Below, piece by piece: positions 26,871-38,820 of a stretch of DNA of 64,000 bases (the first letter of the stretch is position 1; each line of letters opens with the position of its first letter). This stretch comes from Octopus sinensis (taxonomy: Eukaryota). A program made the position numbers and the translations under genes. The stretch spans positions 32,798,001 through 32,862,000 of the forward strand of contig NC_043007.1 of NCBI RefSeq assembly GCF_006345805.1. Direction: 5' to 3'. Under the pieces are notes generated by a model, which worked only from the letters and a program-made list of their open reading frames with translations, searched no databases and was not told the DNA's origin.

Positions 26871-27757
26871 TATGAGGCCAGATCAAAAAATATTGAGGCT
26901 GTTGCTATGGTAACAGAGCTAAAGTACGCAGTGTGAAGCTGCTTGGCACAGCCTGACCTTGAACTCTGTTGTGCATGCACAGTTATAGGGTTCTCACTCA
27001 CTTCCATGGTTTATAACAGTGCTTGGAAGTGAAGGGTGTAGCGTGTGGTCATCTAACCACAGCACAGAGGCTCCATCAGTGAAAATGGCAGAGAAAATTG
27101 TGTGTGTGTGTAAGTGTGGAGGCGCAATGGCCCAGTGGTTAGGGCAGCGGACTCGCGGTCACAGGATCGCGGTTTCGATTCCCAGACTGGGCGTTGTGAG
27201 TGTTTATTGAGCGAAAACACCTAAAAGCTTCACGAGGCTCCGGCAGGGGGTGGTGGTGATCCCTGCTGTACTCTTTCACCACAACTTTCTCCCACTCTTA
27301 CTTCCTGTTTCTGTTGTACCTGTATTTCAAGGGGCCGGCCTTGTCACTCTCTGTATCACGCTGAATATCCCCGAGAACTACGTTAAGGGTACACGTGTCT
27401 GTGGAGTGCTCAGCCACTTACACGTCAATTTCACGAGCAGGCTGTTCCGTTGATTCGGATCAACCGGAACCCTCATCGTCGTAACCGACGGAGTGCAAAG
27501 AGAGAGAGAGAGAGAGAGAGTGTGTAAGTGCATGTGTGGAAAGAGACTGGGCTTTAAGGTTATTTTAGCCAAAAATCTTCCCAAAAAATCAAGTCCCACT
27601 TAAAAGGAACTTAATTTCAAGATGTTGAGGAAATTCAAAAGAATGCAACGAGACAGCTGTTCGCTATCTCTAAAAAAGGAGTTCCAAGAATGCTTCCTTC
27701 AACGGAACAATGCTGGATAAAGTGAGTGGCTTCAGAAAGGGACTACTTCAAATGAGG
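26871..27757 (+). mobile_element. Mariner remnant, internally deleted, with a SINE inserted at 27118-27497
   Basis: Mariner-like terminus tatgaggccagatcaaaaaa, and a C-terminal PKIKSHLKGT*FQDVEEIQKNATRQL...WIK*VASERDYF. Confidence 0.7.
27118..27497 (+). mobile_element. tRNA-derived SINE family D, full length
   Basis: ggcgcaatggcccagtggttagggcagcggactcgcgg...ggtttcgattccc (A and B boxes). Relatives lie at about 37420-37740, 31385-31685, 32065-32280, 57500-57990 and 59440-59855. Confidence 0.8.
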
Positions 27758-27799
27758 TTCCTCTGAAGGATCTCCGGAAGAATGTTACTCTACCGGATT

Positions 27800-27975
27800 C
27801 TTAGCTTAGAGATAAGGGAGTCTATCCAGGTGGAGCCACTATTTTTCCACACTGAGAGGCTTCAGCTCTGGTAATGTGGACAAAGAATCTGAAGATGGAC
27901 TTTTCAAGCTGAGCCAACTGGCAGGAGACCCAGGGGCAGAGCAAGAATAAGAGGCTTGGACATTATCCACAGTTT
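27800..27975 (+). mobile_element. RTE-type LINE C-terminal remnant
   Basis: EIRESIQVEPLFFHTERLQLW*CG ..., a decayed form of the RTE IRxxLxVEPL...IERxQLRWxGH motif. Confidence 0.55.
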
Positions 27976-28905
27976 CTGTTAGTCACTTTTAAAAATCCAA
28001 CAGGAAAATGTAATAATGGTTGCTTCTGATAGGACACTGGTCAAGGAAGTGCTTGAAGATTCTACCCCGTTACACCTCCCAGGAATAGCAAACAGAGAAA
28101 ATGGCTGGCTGGCTGGCTGGTTAGATACAGCTTGATCTGCTGAATAAATTTATTTTTAACTGTAACCAACACTGGAATTTAATCAATATAATCTTTTATT
28201 TAAATGGTAAATATTCAGAAACATCGTAACACGATCCACTTCTTCAGAATGTCTGCACCAATTAAATTTGCGTAATAAGGTCTGTTAACCACAATAAAAC
28301 TGAAGAATTGGTGCATCTTGAGAACCAAACAAAGCTGTTGTATTATCAACTGTATCTAGTTTAGAACTAACATAAATCAAATGTCTATTTGTAAGTTTGA
28401 CGATGAAAAATTTTGTTTAATCTTTTGCTTGTCCAATGAATTTTTATATGTTTGTCCTAAATACCCGGTGCTTGTTCGCAGAGTTTTAGATTGCCCTTGT
28501 TCTATATGTTCTAAGCAACATAAAGCTTTCCTTACATAAGTCCGTGTCGGTGGCATGTAAAAAGCATCATCCATTCGTGGCCGTCTGCCAGCTCCGTCTG
28601 GCACCTGTGCGGGTGGCATGTAAAAAGCACCCACTACACTCACGGAGTGGTTGGCGTTAGGAAGGGCATCCAGCCTTAGAAACACTGCCAGATAAGACTG
28701 GGCCTGATGCAGCCTTCTGGCTTCACAGACCCCCCAGTTGAACTGTCCAACCCATGCTAGCATGGAAAGCGGACGCTAAATGATGATGATGATGATGATG
28801 AAGTCCTAAGTTAGTCTGGTTGCTGAAGAAAAATTGGTAATGTATATCGCCAGGGAAATATACAGGTAATACAGGCAAAGAGTTAATGGTGAAAGCTAGA
28901 ATAAG

Positions 28906-29465
28906 CCTTTCTATTATAGGCACAAGGCCTGAAATTTGACAGGGAGGGGACTAGTTGATTACATCGGCCCCCAGTGTTTCACTGCCACTTAATTTATCAG
29001 CCCCGAAAGGATGAAAGGCAAAGTCGACCTCGGTGGAATTTGAACTCAGTACGTAGCGAGAGTGAAATACCTATTTCTTTACTACCCACAAGGGGCTAAA
29101 TACAGAGAGGACAAACAAATGGATCAAGTCAATTATATTGACCCCAGTGCGTAACTGGTACTTATTTAATCGACCCCGAAAGGATGAAAGGCAGAGTTGA
29201 CCTCGGTGGAATTTAAACTCAGAAGGTAACGGCAGACAAAATACCTATTTCTTTACTACCCACAAGGGGCTAAACACAGAGAGGACAAAGAAGGACAGAG
29301 AAACGGATTAAGTCGATTATATCGACCCCAGTGCATAATTGGTACTTAATTTATCGAGGACGAAAGGCAAAGTTGACCTCGGTGGAATTTGAACTCAGAA
29401 CGTAGCGGCAGATGAAATACCGCTAAGCATTTCGCCCGGCATGCTAATGACTCTGCCAGCTTGCC
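28906..29465 (-). mobile_element. SINE family B trimer
   Basis: One head at the right end and three bodies, with TSD gctagaataag. Other family B copies or multimers lie at about 2040-2220, 5060-5240, 7235-7628(-), 32505-32730, 36081-37120 and 59975-60372(-). Confidence 0.85.
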
Positions 29466-29984
29466 GCTAGAATAAGGAAGTATGGCAAGTGTTTAATTGT
29501 TTTTTTAAACTGAATGTTCATTCAATTTACGATTCACCTGGTATAAATTATCGTTTTCTGTCCAATTAATATTCAAAATTACTTTGTGATTGTCAAGCAG
29601 TTTAGGACTCATACCTTTAATACTGATTTCTAATTTTAGCACAAGGCCAGCAATTCCAGGTGAGGAAGTATGTTGATTACATTGACCCCAATGCGCAACT
29701 GGTGCTTATTTTATCGACCCTGAAAGGATGAAAAGCAGAGTGGACCTCAGTGGAATTTGAACTCAGAACGTAAAGACAGACAAAATACCACTAAGTATTC
29801 GTCTTGACACACTAACAATTCAGTCAGTCAACCACCTTAGTCATACTTTTAATATTAATGTCATGGACACACTTGGCTGAATACAGTAGGTTTTGGACAG
29901 CAAAATCTGCTGAAATGACCCAATTCATAACATGACCTAGAAGGATGTAATGATCTACAATTCACTTCTATATTTAAGAGATGA

Positions 29985-30444
29985 GGAATTATGTACATTA
30001 TTTATGTTGTTTACATTTCGTTTTTGGATTTGGTTTGCAAGATTCTTTATATGAGTTGGTGTGTTGAAGCATATTCTGTTGTGTCTGGGGAGAGTCATTT
30101 TCTTTTTGTGCCTTATAATGTAACACACTCACCGGTTAAATTTCCACTTATTTCTAATTTTTATTTTCCTAAAATTTTCCTTGCGTCTTGCAACGTTTTC
30201 AAAAGGTGGAAATTTTACCAGTGAGTGTGTTACATAATAAGGCACAAAAAGAAAATTACTCTCCCCAGACACAACAGAATATGTTGTTTACATTTGACGG
30301 ATATTTGTCCTCATCTTGTTTGTTGTTAACACAACGTTTCGGCTGATATACCCTCCAGCCTTCATCAGGTGTCTTGGGGAAACGTGTTAACAACAAACAA
30401 GATTAGGACAAATATCCATCTAATGTAAATAATGATCTACAATT
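29985..30444. mobile_element. Penelope-like pLTR-derived composite with two internal inverted repeats
   Basis: About 76-bp inverted arms (30072-30147 and 30206-30283) and about 50-bp arms enclosing the hammerhead (30286-30336 and 30381-30431). The sequence aatgatctacaatt is repeated near 29950 and 30431. Confidence 0.6.
30328..30373 (-). ncRNA. Minimal type I hammerhead ribozyme motif (Penelope-like pLTR)
   Basis: Minus strand: GACAC-CUGAUGA-A-GGCUG(gagggtatat)CAGCC-GAAA-C-GUU-GUGUU. The core is intact, stem II has 5 bp, stem I has 5 bp, and helix III is the palindromic ACGU. Confidence 0.75.
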
Positions 30445-33109
30445 GTTGTATTTTTTAACCCATTTTCCCACAGACCTCCTGGGCATTCCTCATTAAAAGC
30501 CCTTACTTATAACATGAAATATCTCTGTATTAGAACTTGATTGTATAGGGATCCAGGAACAAATGGTTGCCCAGACATCATCATTGTAACAACCGAGCTA
30601 ACAAGGTCTGAGATGGATGTCTTGGGTGAAGTTTTTATGAAAATCACAAATAATTGTATCTATATGAGCACAACTGAGTCATCATCATAATTTAATGTCC
30701 ACTTTTCTATGCTTAAATGGAATTTGAGACAGACAGTCTAAAGCCCACTTTGAGAACCACTGCCTTAAATATTCAAATGAACACTCTTGTGGTTGTTGCA
30801 GGATGTAAGATATTAAAAAAAAAAAGAAAGGATAAAGATCCTTCTGTAGTCATATACAGTCAATGGGTCAGTTTCCCCGTTTCTGTGGTGAGTATGTTTT
30901 CCCCCTGGATGGGACGCCAGTCTGTTGCACTTCATTTTACCAGCTGCGTGAACTGGAGCAACATGAAATGAAGTGTTTGGTTCAAGAGCATGAAACCATT
31001 GCCTGGTCCAGCAATTGAAACCACAATCTTTTGATCATGAGTCCAATACCCAAACCGCTAAACAATGCGCTTTCACTGCAGGACATAGGAGGACATCTTT
31101 CAGCTTGATGATTATTTGGATGCTACAGAAAACGAAAGTATTTTGGTTGAATTAGTTCAGGTTTTGTGGAGGAACATGGCCTAGTAGTTAGAGCAGTGGA
31201 TTTGCGGTCAAGGGATCATGGATTCAAATCTCAGACCCATCCAGGTGGGGAACTTATACGCTAATGAAAGCAGGAAAACCAGCCCTTATGAGCCAGGTAT
31301 GGCTCGAGAAGGAACAAACAACATTCTTTATATGCAACACAAATTAGAAAAACAGAACAAATATAATACACCTGGTGAGGTAGTTGTGGAGGCACATGGG
31401 CTAGTGGTTAGAGCAGCGGACTTGTGGTTGAGGGCTCATGGGTTTGAATCTCAGACTGGGCGATGTGTATGTTTATGAGTGAAATACTTAAGCTTCATGC
31501 GACTCCGGTAGAAGGTAATGGCGAACTTCTGCTGACTCTTTCGCCATAACTTTCTCTCACTCTTTCCTCCTGCATCTAACAGCTTACCTGCGATGGACCG
31601 GCGTCCCATCCAGGTGGGGAACCTATATGCCAAGGAAACTGGCCCTTATGAGCCAGGCATGGCTTAAGAAAGAACAAACAACAACAGTTCAGGCTTAGGG
31701 TCATTTACAAACAGCTTTGAGTTAAGCTGCATCTGACCAGGATTCTGCTTCTTCAGCATCAGTGAATTTCAGGCATTTATTAGTTTTCTTCTTGGGTGTT
31801 GTCAGCTGATAATTAGAGGTGGGGGATAGTCCTGGGTATGACCCCAAACTGCACCTGGTAGTGGGGCCCTGGTTCGATAGCCCCTATTAATCCCTCATCA
31901 CTCCTGTATATAGACTATTGTCACTAATCCAGACCATCACCATCCATTAATAACTCTCATGTTCATCCATCAGAGCAATGAAAACAATTTGGTCATCCTT
32001 AAGGATGACTTGCACACTGACTTCGGTTAAGGTGAAGAAGGGTTCTGCACTGTCAACCTCACTTGTGTGGCTTAGTGGTTAGAGTGTTGGACTCATGATT
32101 GTAAGATTGTGGTTTCGATTCCTAGTCCAGGCGATGCGTTGTGTTCTGGAGCAAAACATCTCATTTCAAGTTGCTCCAGTCCACTCAGCTGGCAAAAATG
32201 AGTAACCCTGCGATGGACCAGCCTCCTGTCCAGGTGCAGAATATATATGCCAAGGAAACTGGGAAACTGGCTCTTATCAGTTAGCATTACTCGAGACAAT
32301 AACCTTACCTTTACCGTACCGGGTCTGCTCTGACCCAGAGTAATAGCGCCTGTCAGGGGTCCAAGCTATGGGTTAATTAGCATATGAGGGCCCATGAAAA
32401 CTGGATCCAGCAGATTCTGTGGCAAGAACCTTCATGGTTCAATAGAAGGGAAAACTGCTGCAGCCACACATTGTGGAATGCAGAGAGCAAAATGAAACAC
32501 AAAGGCTGGCAGAAACGTTAGAACACCGGACAAAATGCTTAGCGGTGTTTCGTCTGCCGTTACGTTCTGAGTTCAAATTCCGCCGAGGTCAACTTTGCCT
32601 TTCATCCTTTCGGGGTCGATTAAATAAGTACCAGTTACACACTGGGGGTCGATGTAATCAACTTAATCTCTTTATCAAACCTTGTTTGTCCCCTCTATGT
32701 TTAGCTCCTTGTGGGCAATAAAGAAATAAGATGAAACACAAAAGACATCTTGGTCATCCAGTGCATCTGTCTTCATCCCCCAATTTTCTTGACCTGGTTT
32801 TGCTACAGGACAGAAGAAGGTCATGGATGAGTGAGTAAGGTTGACAGTGCACAACCTGCCTTCACCTTAACCAAAGTCAGTATGCAAGTCATCCTTAAGG
32901 ATGACTAGATGGTTTTCATTGCGCTGATGGATGAACACAAGAATTATTAATGGATGGTGATGGCCTGAATTAGCAACAATAGTCTATATAGAGGAGAGAT
33001 GAAGGAAATGTTTAATAATTTCAGTTGCCATGAGTGGTGAAGAATCCAGTTTCTTATTCTTCGTTTGGTTGAGAAAGAAATTGAAAATACATGGTGCAAA
33101 GAGCACCAT

Positions 33110-33605
33110 ACGAGTGTGATCATTGACAGAGCGGCTAACCGCCTTCATTGCCAGTGGCACTTAAAAGGCACCATTCGAGCGGGATTGTTACCAGCGTTGC
33201 CTTACTGGCACTTGAGCCCCGTGCTAGTAGGGTATTAAGAGCACCATCCGAGTGTGATCATTGCCAGAGCGGCTGTCTGGCCTCCGTGCCGGTGGCACGT
33301 AAAAGACACCATTCGAGTGTGATCGTTACCAGCATCGCCTTACTGGCACCCGCGCCGGTGGCATGCATAAAAGATTTGAGTGAGGTCGTTGCCAGCACCG
33401 CCTGACTGGCCCCATGCCGGTGGCACGTAAAAGCACCCACTACACTCTCAGAGTGGTTGGCATTAGGAAGGGCATCCAGCTGTAGAAACTCTGCCAGATC
33501 AAGATTGGAGCCTGGTGCAGCCATCTGGTTCACCAGCCCTCAGTCATTCATCCAAACCATGCTAGCATGGAAAGCGGACGTTAAACAATGATGATGATGA
33601 TGATG
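33110..33605 (-). mobile_element. CAT-tailed repeat family C (LINE-3'-end-like/SINE)
   Basis: Conserved catcatcgtttaacgtcc...gctggatgcccttcctaacgccaaccac...ggtgcttttacgtgcc. There are more than 15 copies in both orientations, e.g. 6340-6715, 8545-8900, 12240-12420, 12865-13150, 28545-28800, 44235-44640, 48695-49090 and 56160-57030. Confidence 0.8.
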
Positions 33606-34723
33606 ATTGTGGTGTTGTCATTTTTGCGATAGTCAATAGATTCTACAACGAAAACACTGGGAAATTATTGAACTTATTGAATATTTTCATGACCATTGTT
33701 GATTGATACCGAGTTGATTGTGGTCTGAGAAAGACTGGCGTTTAAATAAACTGGATTTGAGAACATGTGGCCTCAGAAATGAGAGGACTTAGTGTTAAAA
33801 TGGACAAAATGCTGCATTGCAGACCTAACCAACCCATATTTATATGAAAAGAAAAAAAATAACAATTCAAGTATTTTACACACACACATTTATATACACG
33901 CGTGCATATATATTTACACATATAGCAAAATATATACATAGGATGATTACTAAAACAAAAATAGTCTGGTCCAATATTTTGTGATGATGTTCCCTTAACA
34001 AAAAGATGGCACCGGTTGTTATTGATGTTTAACTACAGGTTAGCTCCGATCGAGCAGACATATGGTGAAAGACGTTCCAGCCGTGATCATCCCGTCTTAT
34101 TTTTAAGATATAAGTATGCTGACGACTACCATTATCCAACGTATCCTTTTTAAAACGATAGAATATGATTTGAAGGAGATATAGTTTCGATTTCTAGCAG
34201 GTTGAGCGATCACGTAGGGGTTCCCTGGTTAGTTTGTGGTGTTGTGGATAGGTGCGATCGATGTAGCGGAGTTTGGAAAGTATCGATTCACAGGTAGGGA
34301 AGACTGATATGCTGGATGGCCACTGGACATGAAGGGGCCAGAGATAATGTTTACAAGAAAGATTCGTTGAAAGATCTGAATATATTAAGATATTTCTGTT
34401 CATGGTTCATCAACATACCTCATTTTTTTTTTACAGTACAATAACATATATACACAGTAAAGAGATTGTCAGGACTCTGAAAAATCCATTAATTTAACTC
34501 ACAGATTAACATATACGTGTGGACATGGTCACACAAGCAGAGACATAAGACGGGCGTGCAAGGAAAAAGACAAAATTAAAGAGAGGAAGAAACAGGGAGA
34601 AGAAAAAATAATTCATAGAGATAAAAAGCAGACTGTTTATAGATTAGATTACGTTAAGAACAAAATATAATGAAGTCCAAGGTGCAAATGGGATCTAGTG
34701 AATGTCCCACGTCGTTCACTTAC

Positions 34724-34819
34724 CTCTGTGAAATGGAATGCCAAAGGTATAACGCCAGAGATATAACATCCTAGTAGCATGGCCAAAGAAAGAATGAGTA
34801 AAGTCCAGGTATCATCCAT
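34724..34819 (-). CDS. SLC39A9: Zinc transporter ZIP9, first coding exon (32 aa, phase-0 donor)
   Basis: Reverse complement reads ATG GAT GAT ACC TGG ... TTC ACA GAG|gtaagt = MDDTWTLLILSLAMLLGCYISGVIPLAFHFTE. This matches the ZIP9 N-terminus (human, from memory: [32 protein letters not shown]), with the same 96-nt length and phase. A branch-point-like gctaac and AG acceptors lie just upstream (34834-34852). Confidence 0.92.
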
Positions 34820-34953
34820 GTCGGTAATGTCCAGCTGTTTTGCCTTCTTCTTTAGAAGTTAGCCAAAAGCAAGTAGTCACTTATATATGCTGTCCTAAAC
34901 ATATATATGTATATATACGCTGACACGACCACACTAGTCAAGAACTAGGTGTA

Positions 34954-34987
<34 letters not shown>

Positions 34988-35212
34988 GTGTGTGTGTAGA
35001 GAGAGAGGGGAGTGGTTAGCTACTCTGCTCCTGGGAATATAAAAATATAGATATGCGTGAGTGTACCAACTTCTGTAGATGCATTTATATATGTATATAT
35101 ATACACGTAAATAAGAGCAGCTACTCTATATAATTGTTAAGTGTTTGTGAATCTGTTTGACAATGTGTAATGATGAAATAGATTATGTACATGTGTATGC
35201 AATGACTACAGA

Positions 35213-35248
<36 letters not shown>

Positions 35249-35914
35249 GTCTGTACGTGTGTGTGTTTGTGTGTGTAATAAGTAACTAAAAAACATACAA
35301 AAAGACAAGTTATTAAATAAACAGATAAACTTACGATTGAGCAGAAAAACTGTGTGTGTATACAGTATTAAAGACGAAGAGGAAGCGGAAGAAAATAGGT
35401 TCGAGATGCTGTTTCCAGGAAGCACCTTAACTTAATTGCATTTTACCATCAACATACATATATGTGCGTGTGTCTCCTAATCTAGCAATTAACACCAGAA
35501 ATTACCGTCTAAAACAGCACAGATCCTTCGACGATAATGCCAAGCTCAACTACTATTATATATAATACAAATATATTATATACTGAATGGATTTTGTTGA
35601 CGGTATTAACTTATATATGTCCAATTCTGCAGTAATTTGTTATTATTGTTGCCTTTTGGGTAGTCATAGAGCATTGCTCTACTTATATTTTCACGATAAT
35701 AGTATGACTGGATTTCTTAATGCTTTGGTGGATGGTAGGAGTATAGTTTCGCCTGTGTTTAAGGCCTCCTGTTTGGTGGTATAGTGTTTTGTTTAGGGTG
35801 CTGTTGCCTTTCCAGTAGACAAGAGGCGGCTGGTTCTTAAGGATGTTTCGGGCCAGCCAGCCATAACGCGAATCTAATCTAAGGGAGATAAACCACACGG
35901 CAGCGAGCACTCAC

Positions 35915-36070
35915 CACTCCGGACTTTGCCGATGATTGCCGAACGCTTACTGGCAGCTTCGGCGGAGGGATGATGTGTCTTAGTTTAACCTGTTGACGAT
36001 TAACAGCCAGGCTGGCCGGATTTACTGTTTGTCTGTTGGTGTTGTCGTTGGTATTAGGGGCGCCGGAATA
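35915..36070 (-). other. Candidate ZIP9 5' UTR exon (CpG-rich, no ATG)
   Basis: Unique CpG-rich segment about 1.1 kb upstream of the ZIP9 coding exon, with strong donors GTG|gtgagt (35915) and CCA|gtaagc (35951). The 5' boundary is approximate. Confidence 0.45.
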
Positions 36071-36267
36071 GGTAACTCCCGCCGGGCGAAATGCTTAGCG
36101 GTGAGCTGGCAGAACCGTTAGCACGCCGGGCGAAATGCGTAGCCGTATTTCGTCTGCCGCTACGTTCTGAGTTCAAATACCGCCGGGGTCGACTTTGCCT
36201 TTCATCCTTTTGGGGGTCGATAAATAAAGTACCAGTTTCGCACTAGGGTCAATATAATCGACTTAAT

Positions 36268-36698
36268 GGATCTTTTCGGTTTGAACGGCAGTTTTTTCTA
36301 GCGGTGTCATATGAAATTGTCACCCATAATTATGACCCTAGTATCGATCTATTGCATTTCAATCTGTTTTAGGGTTAGGGTTAGTTAGGGTTAGGGGTGG
36401 GGGAAAGGGTATCTTTTTTTTCTTCACAAATATAAATAAACCCAATCTGTTTCTTAAACGAAGGACATATTCATACGGCACAGAATGTTTTTTTTACCTC
36501 AATAGACGTCATTGATTGGTTGAAATTGCAGAAATTGAAGAAAAAACAACAACAAATATCTTACAAACCATGGAATTTTCTCAATAAAGCCAAAAGAAAA
36601 GATGTTTTATAAACACATTCTACCAGTATACGAAGTTTAAAAGTGTTTAGTTACGTGGAAATTATTTTAAAAAACTGCTGGTCAAACCGAAAAGATCT
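36268..36698 (+). mobile_element. GGATC-terminated MITE with 8-bp TSD, inserted into a SINE
   Basis: TIR ggatcttttcggtttga / tcaaaccgaaaagatct, TSD GACTTAAT on both sides, and internal TTAGGG repeats. Confidence 0.85.
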
Positions 36699-38457
36699 GA
36701 CTTAATCCCTTTGTCTGTCCTTGTTTAGCCCCTTTTGGGCAATAAAGAAATAGGTATTTCGTCTGTCGTTACATTCTGAGTTCAAATTCTGCCGAGGTCG
36801 ACTTTGCCTTTCATCCTTTCGGGGTCGATAAATAAAGTACCAGTTACGCACTGGGGTCGATATAATCGACTTAATCCGTTTGTCTGTCCTTGTTTGTCCC
36901 CTCTATGTTTAGCCCCCTGTGGGTAGTAAAGAAATAGGTATTTCGTCTGTCGTTACATTCTGATTTCAAATTCCGCCGAGGTCAACTTTGCCTTTCATCC
37001 TTTCAGGGTCGATAAATTAAGTACCAGTTTCGCACTGAGGTTGATGTAATTGCCTTAGTCCCTTTGTCTGCCCTTGTTTGTCCCCTCTGTGTTTAGCCCC
37101 TTGTGGGAAATAAAGAAATATGTATTTTTCATTTGTTTCACCCATTGTATTGCGGTCATGCTGGAGCACTGCTTTGAAAATGATTTAGTTGAATAGATCG
37201 ATCCATCTTCAGTACTTTTATTACATTAAAGCTTGGTATTTATTCTATCGGATTCTTGTGCTGAACCGCTAAGTTACGAGGACGTAAACAAACCGATTGT
37301 CAAGCACACGGTTCAGGGCACACACACATACACATGTATGTATGTATGTATGTATGTGTGTATGTGTGTATGTATGTGTGCAGATTTGTATGTTTTGCTT
37401 TATGTATTCCCATGCATGTGAAGGCGCGTGGCTTAGTGGTTAGGGCATTCGGCTCACGATTGTAAGGTCGGGAGTTCAATTCCCGGCAGTGTGTTGTGTC
37501 CTTGAGCAAGACACTTTATTTTACGTTGCTCCAGTCCACTCAGCTGGCAAAAATGAGTTGTACCTGTATTTCAAAGGGCCAGCCTTTTCGCACTCTGTGC
37601 CACGCTGAATCTCCCTAAGAACTACATTAGGGGTACACGTATCTGTGGAGTGCTCAGCCACTTGCATGTTAATTTCACAAGCAAGCTGTTCCGTTGATCA
37701 TATCAGCTGGGACCCTTGTCGTTGTAACCGACGGAGTGCTCCTTTATTCTCACGCATATAGTTAAATAATAATAATAATGAAATTATTGTATACAGTGCT
37801 CAGGTGCACCACATTTAGACATGCTCATATATATTTAAATGAAAAAAACTTCTGGAAAGTTTTACGGATTCTTACAGTTCCAGTGATGGATTGGATCTGT
37901 AGTCTTCGAATTAGCTTTTTTCTTTATGATTTTGAGAAGCCTCATTTCTCAAGATTGGTATTTAGGCAGTGATGTATGTATGTACGTATGATTATTGGTT
38001 TTAAATTTTGGCTCAAGGTCAGCAGTTGTGATGGTGATTGTTGCACTCTAGTTGTGATTGTTATCTCGTGACAAAATGAGCGTAGGAACAAAAATATTCC
38101 ACCGCAAACCGTCTCGTCACTTTTGTGTGAATGGAACTTGAAGACGAGACTACATTATCTCATGCGTCATTCTATTTTCAAGGTGTTAGGGTGCGGCTTC
38201 AGAAAGACTTAACCACTTGTTCGATTACCTGTGGAGTTTCTTTAACCTTTTAAACCCAAACGCTAACTTTAAAACAAACAAACGACCTTTGACCAGATTT
38301 TAACAGAATCTGTATAAAGAGCAAAATAAATAGATAAATAAATAATCCTAAAATGTCAACTCAGAAATTGATTAAGTTAAGTTAAGTTAATTTAATTTTT
38401 TGGCTCAAAAAGCAAAAAGCAAGGCCATGTAGGGGGACATGGAGTTATGTACAGGGT

Positions 38458-38820
38458 AGTGTAGACCATCTCCAAACTTGGTGGAGGCATCGACAAAGAT
38501 CATCTATATCACCGCGAGGAGCGACCAGTTTGACATCATCAGCAAATAGAAGGATGTGTTGTGTGAGGTCGTCGGGCAAGTCATTTATGAAGACTAAGAA
38601 CAATAAGGGCCCAAGCACTGAACCTTGAGGCACGCCACTGCTCGCACTGGAGATGTCAGACAGCGAACCATTAACTTGGACTTGGAAGGAGCGATCTGAG
38701 AGGAAGGCACCAACCCATCATACATTATCCGGATGGAAACTATATGCTTGAAGCTTGACAAGTAATAGGCGGTGGTTTACTGAGTCAAAAGCTTTGGCAA
38801 AGTCCAATAAAACGATTAGG
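38458..38820 (-). mobile_element. CR1/L2-type LINE reverse transcriptase fragment
   Basis: LDFAKAFDSVNHRLLLVKLQAY ... VPQGSVLGPLLFLVFINDLPD ... LLFADDVKL. Confidence 0.88.

Noticed and set aside
27118-27190. tRNA gene
   Set aside because: It has A/B boxes but continues into a SINE body shared with other copies, and there is no complete cloverleaf.
36368-36400. Telomere or chromosome-fusion site
   Set aside because: The few TTAGGG units are internal to a MITE that is present several times in the window.
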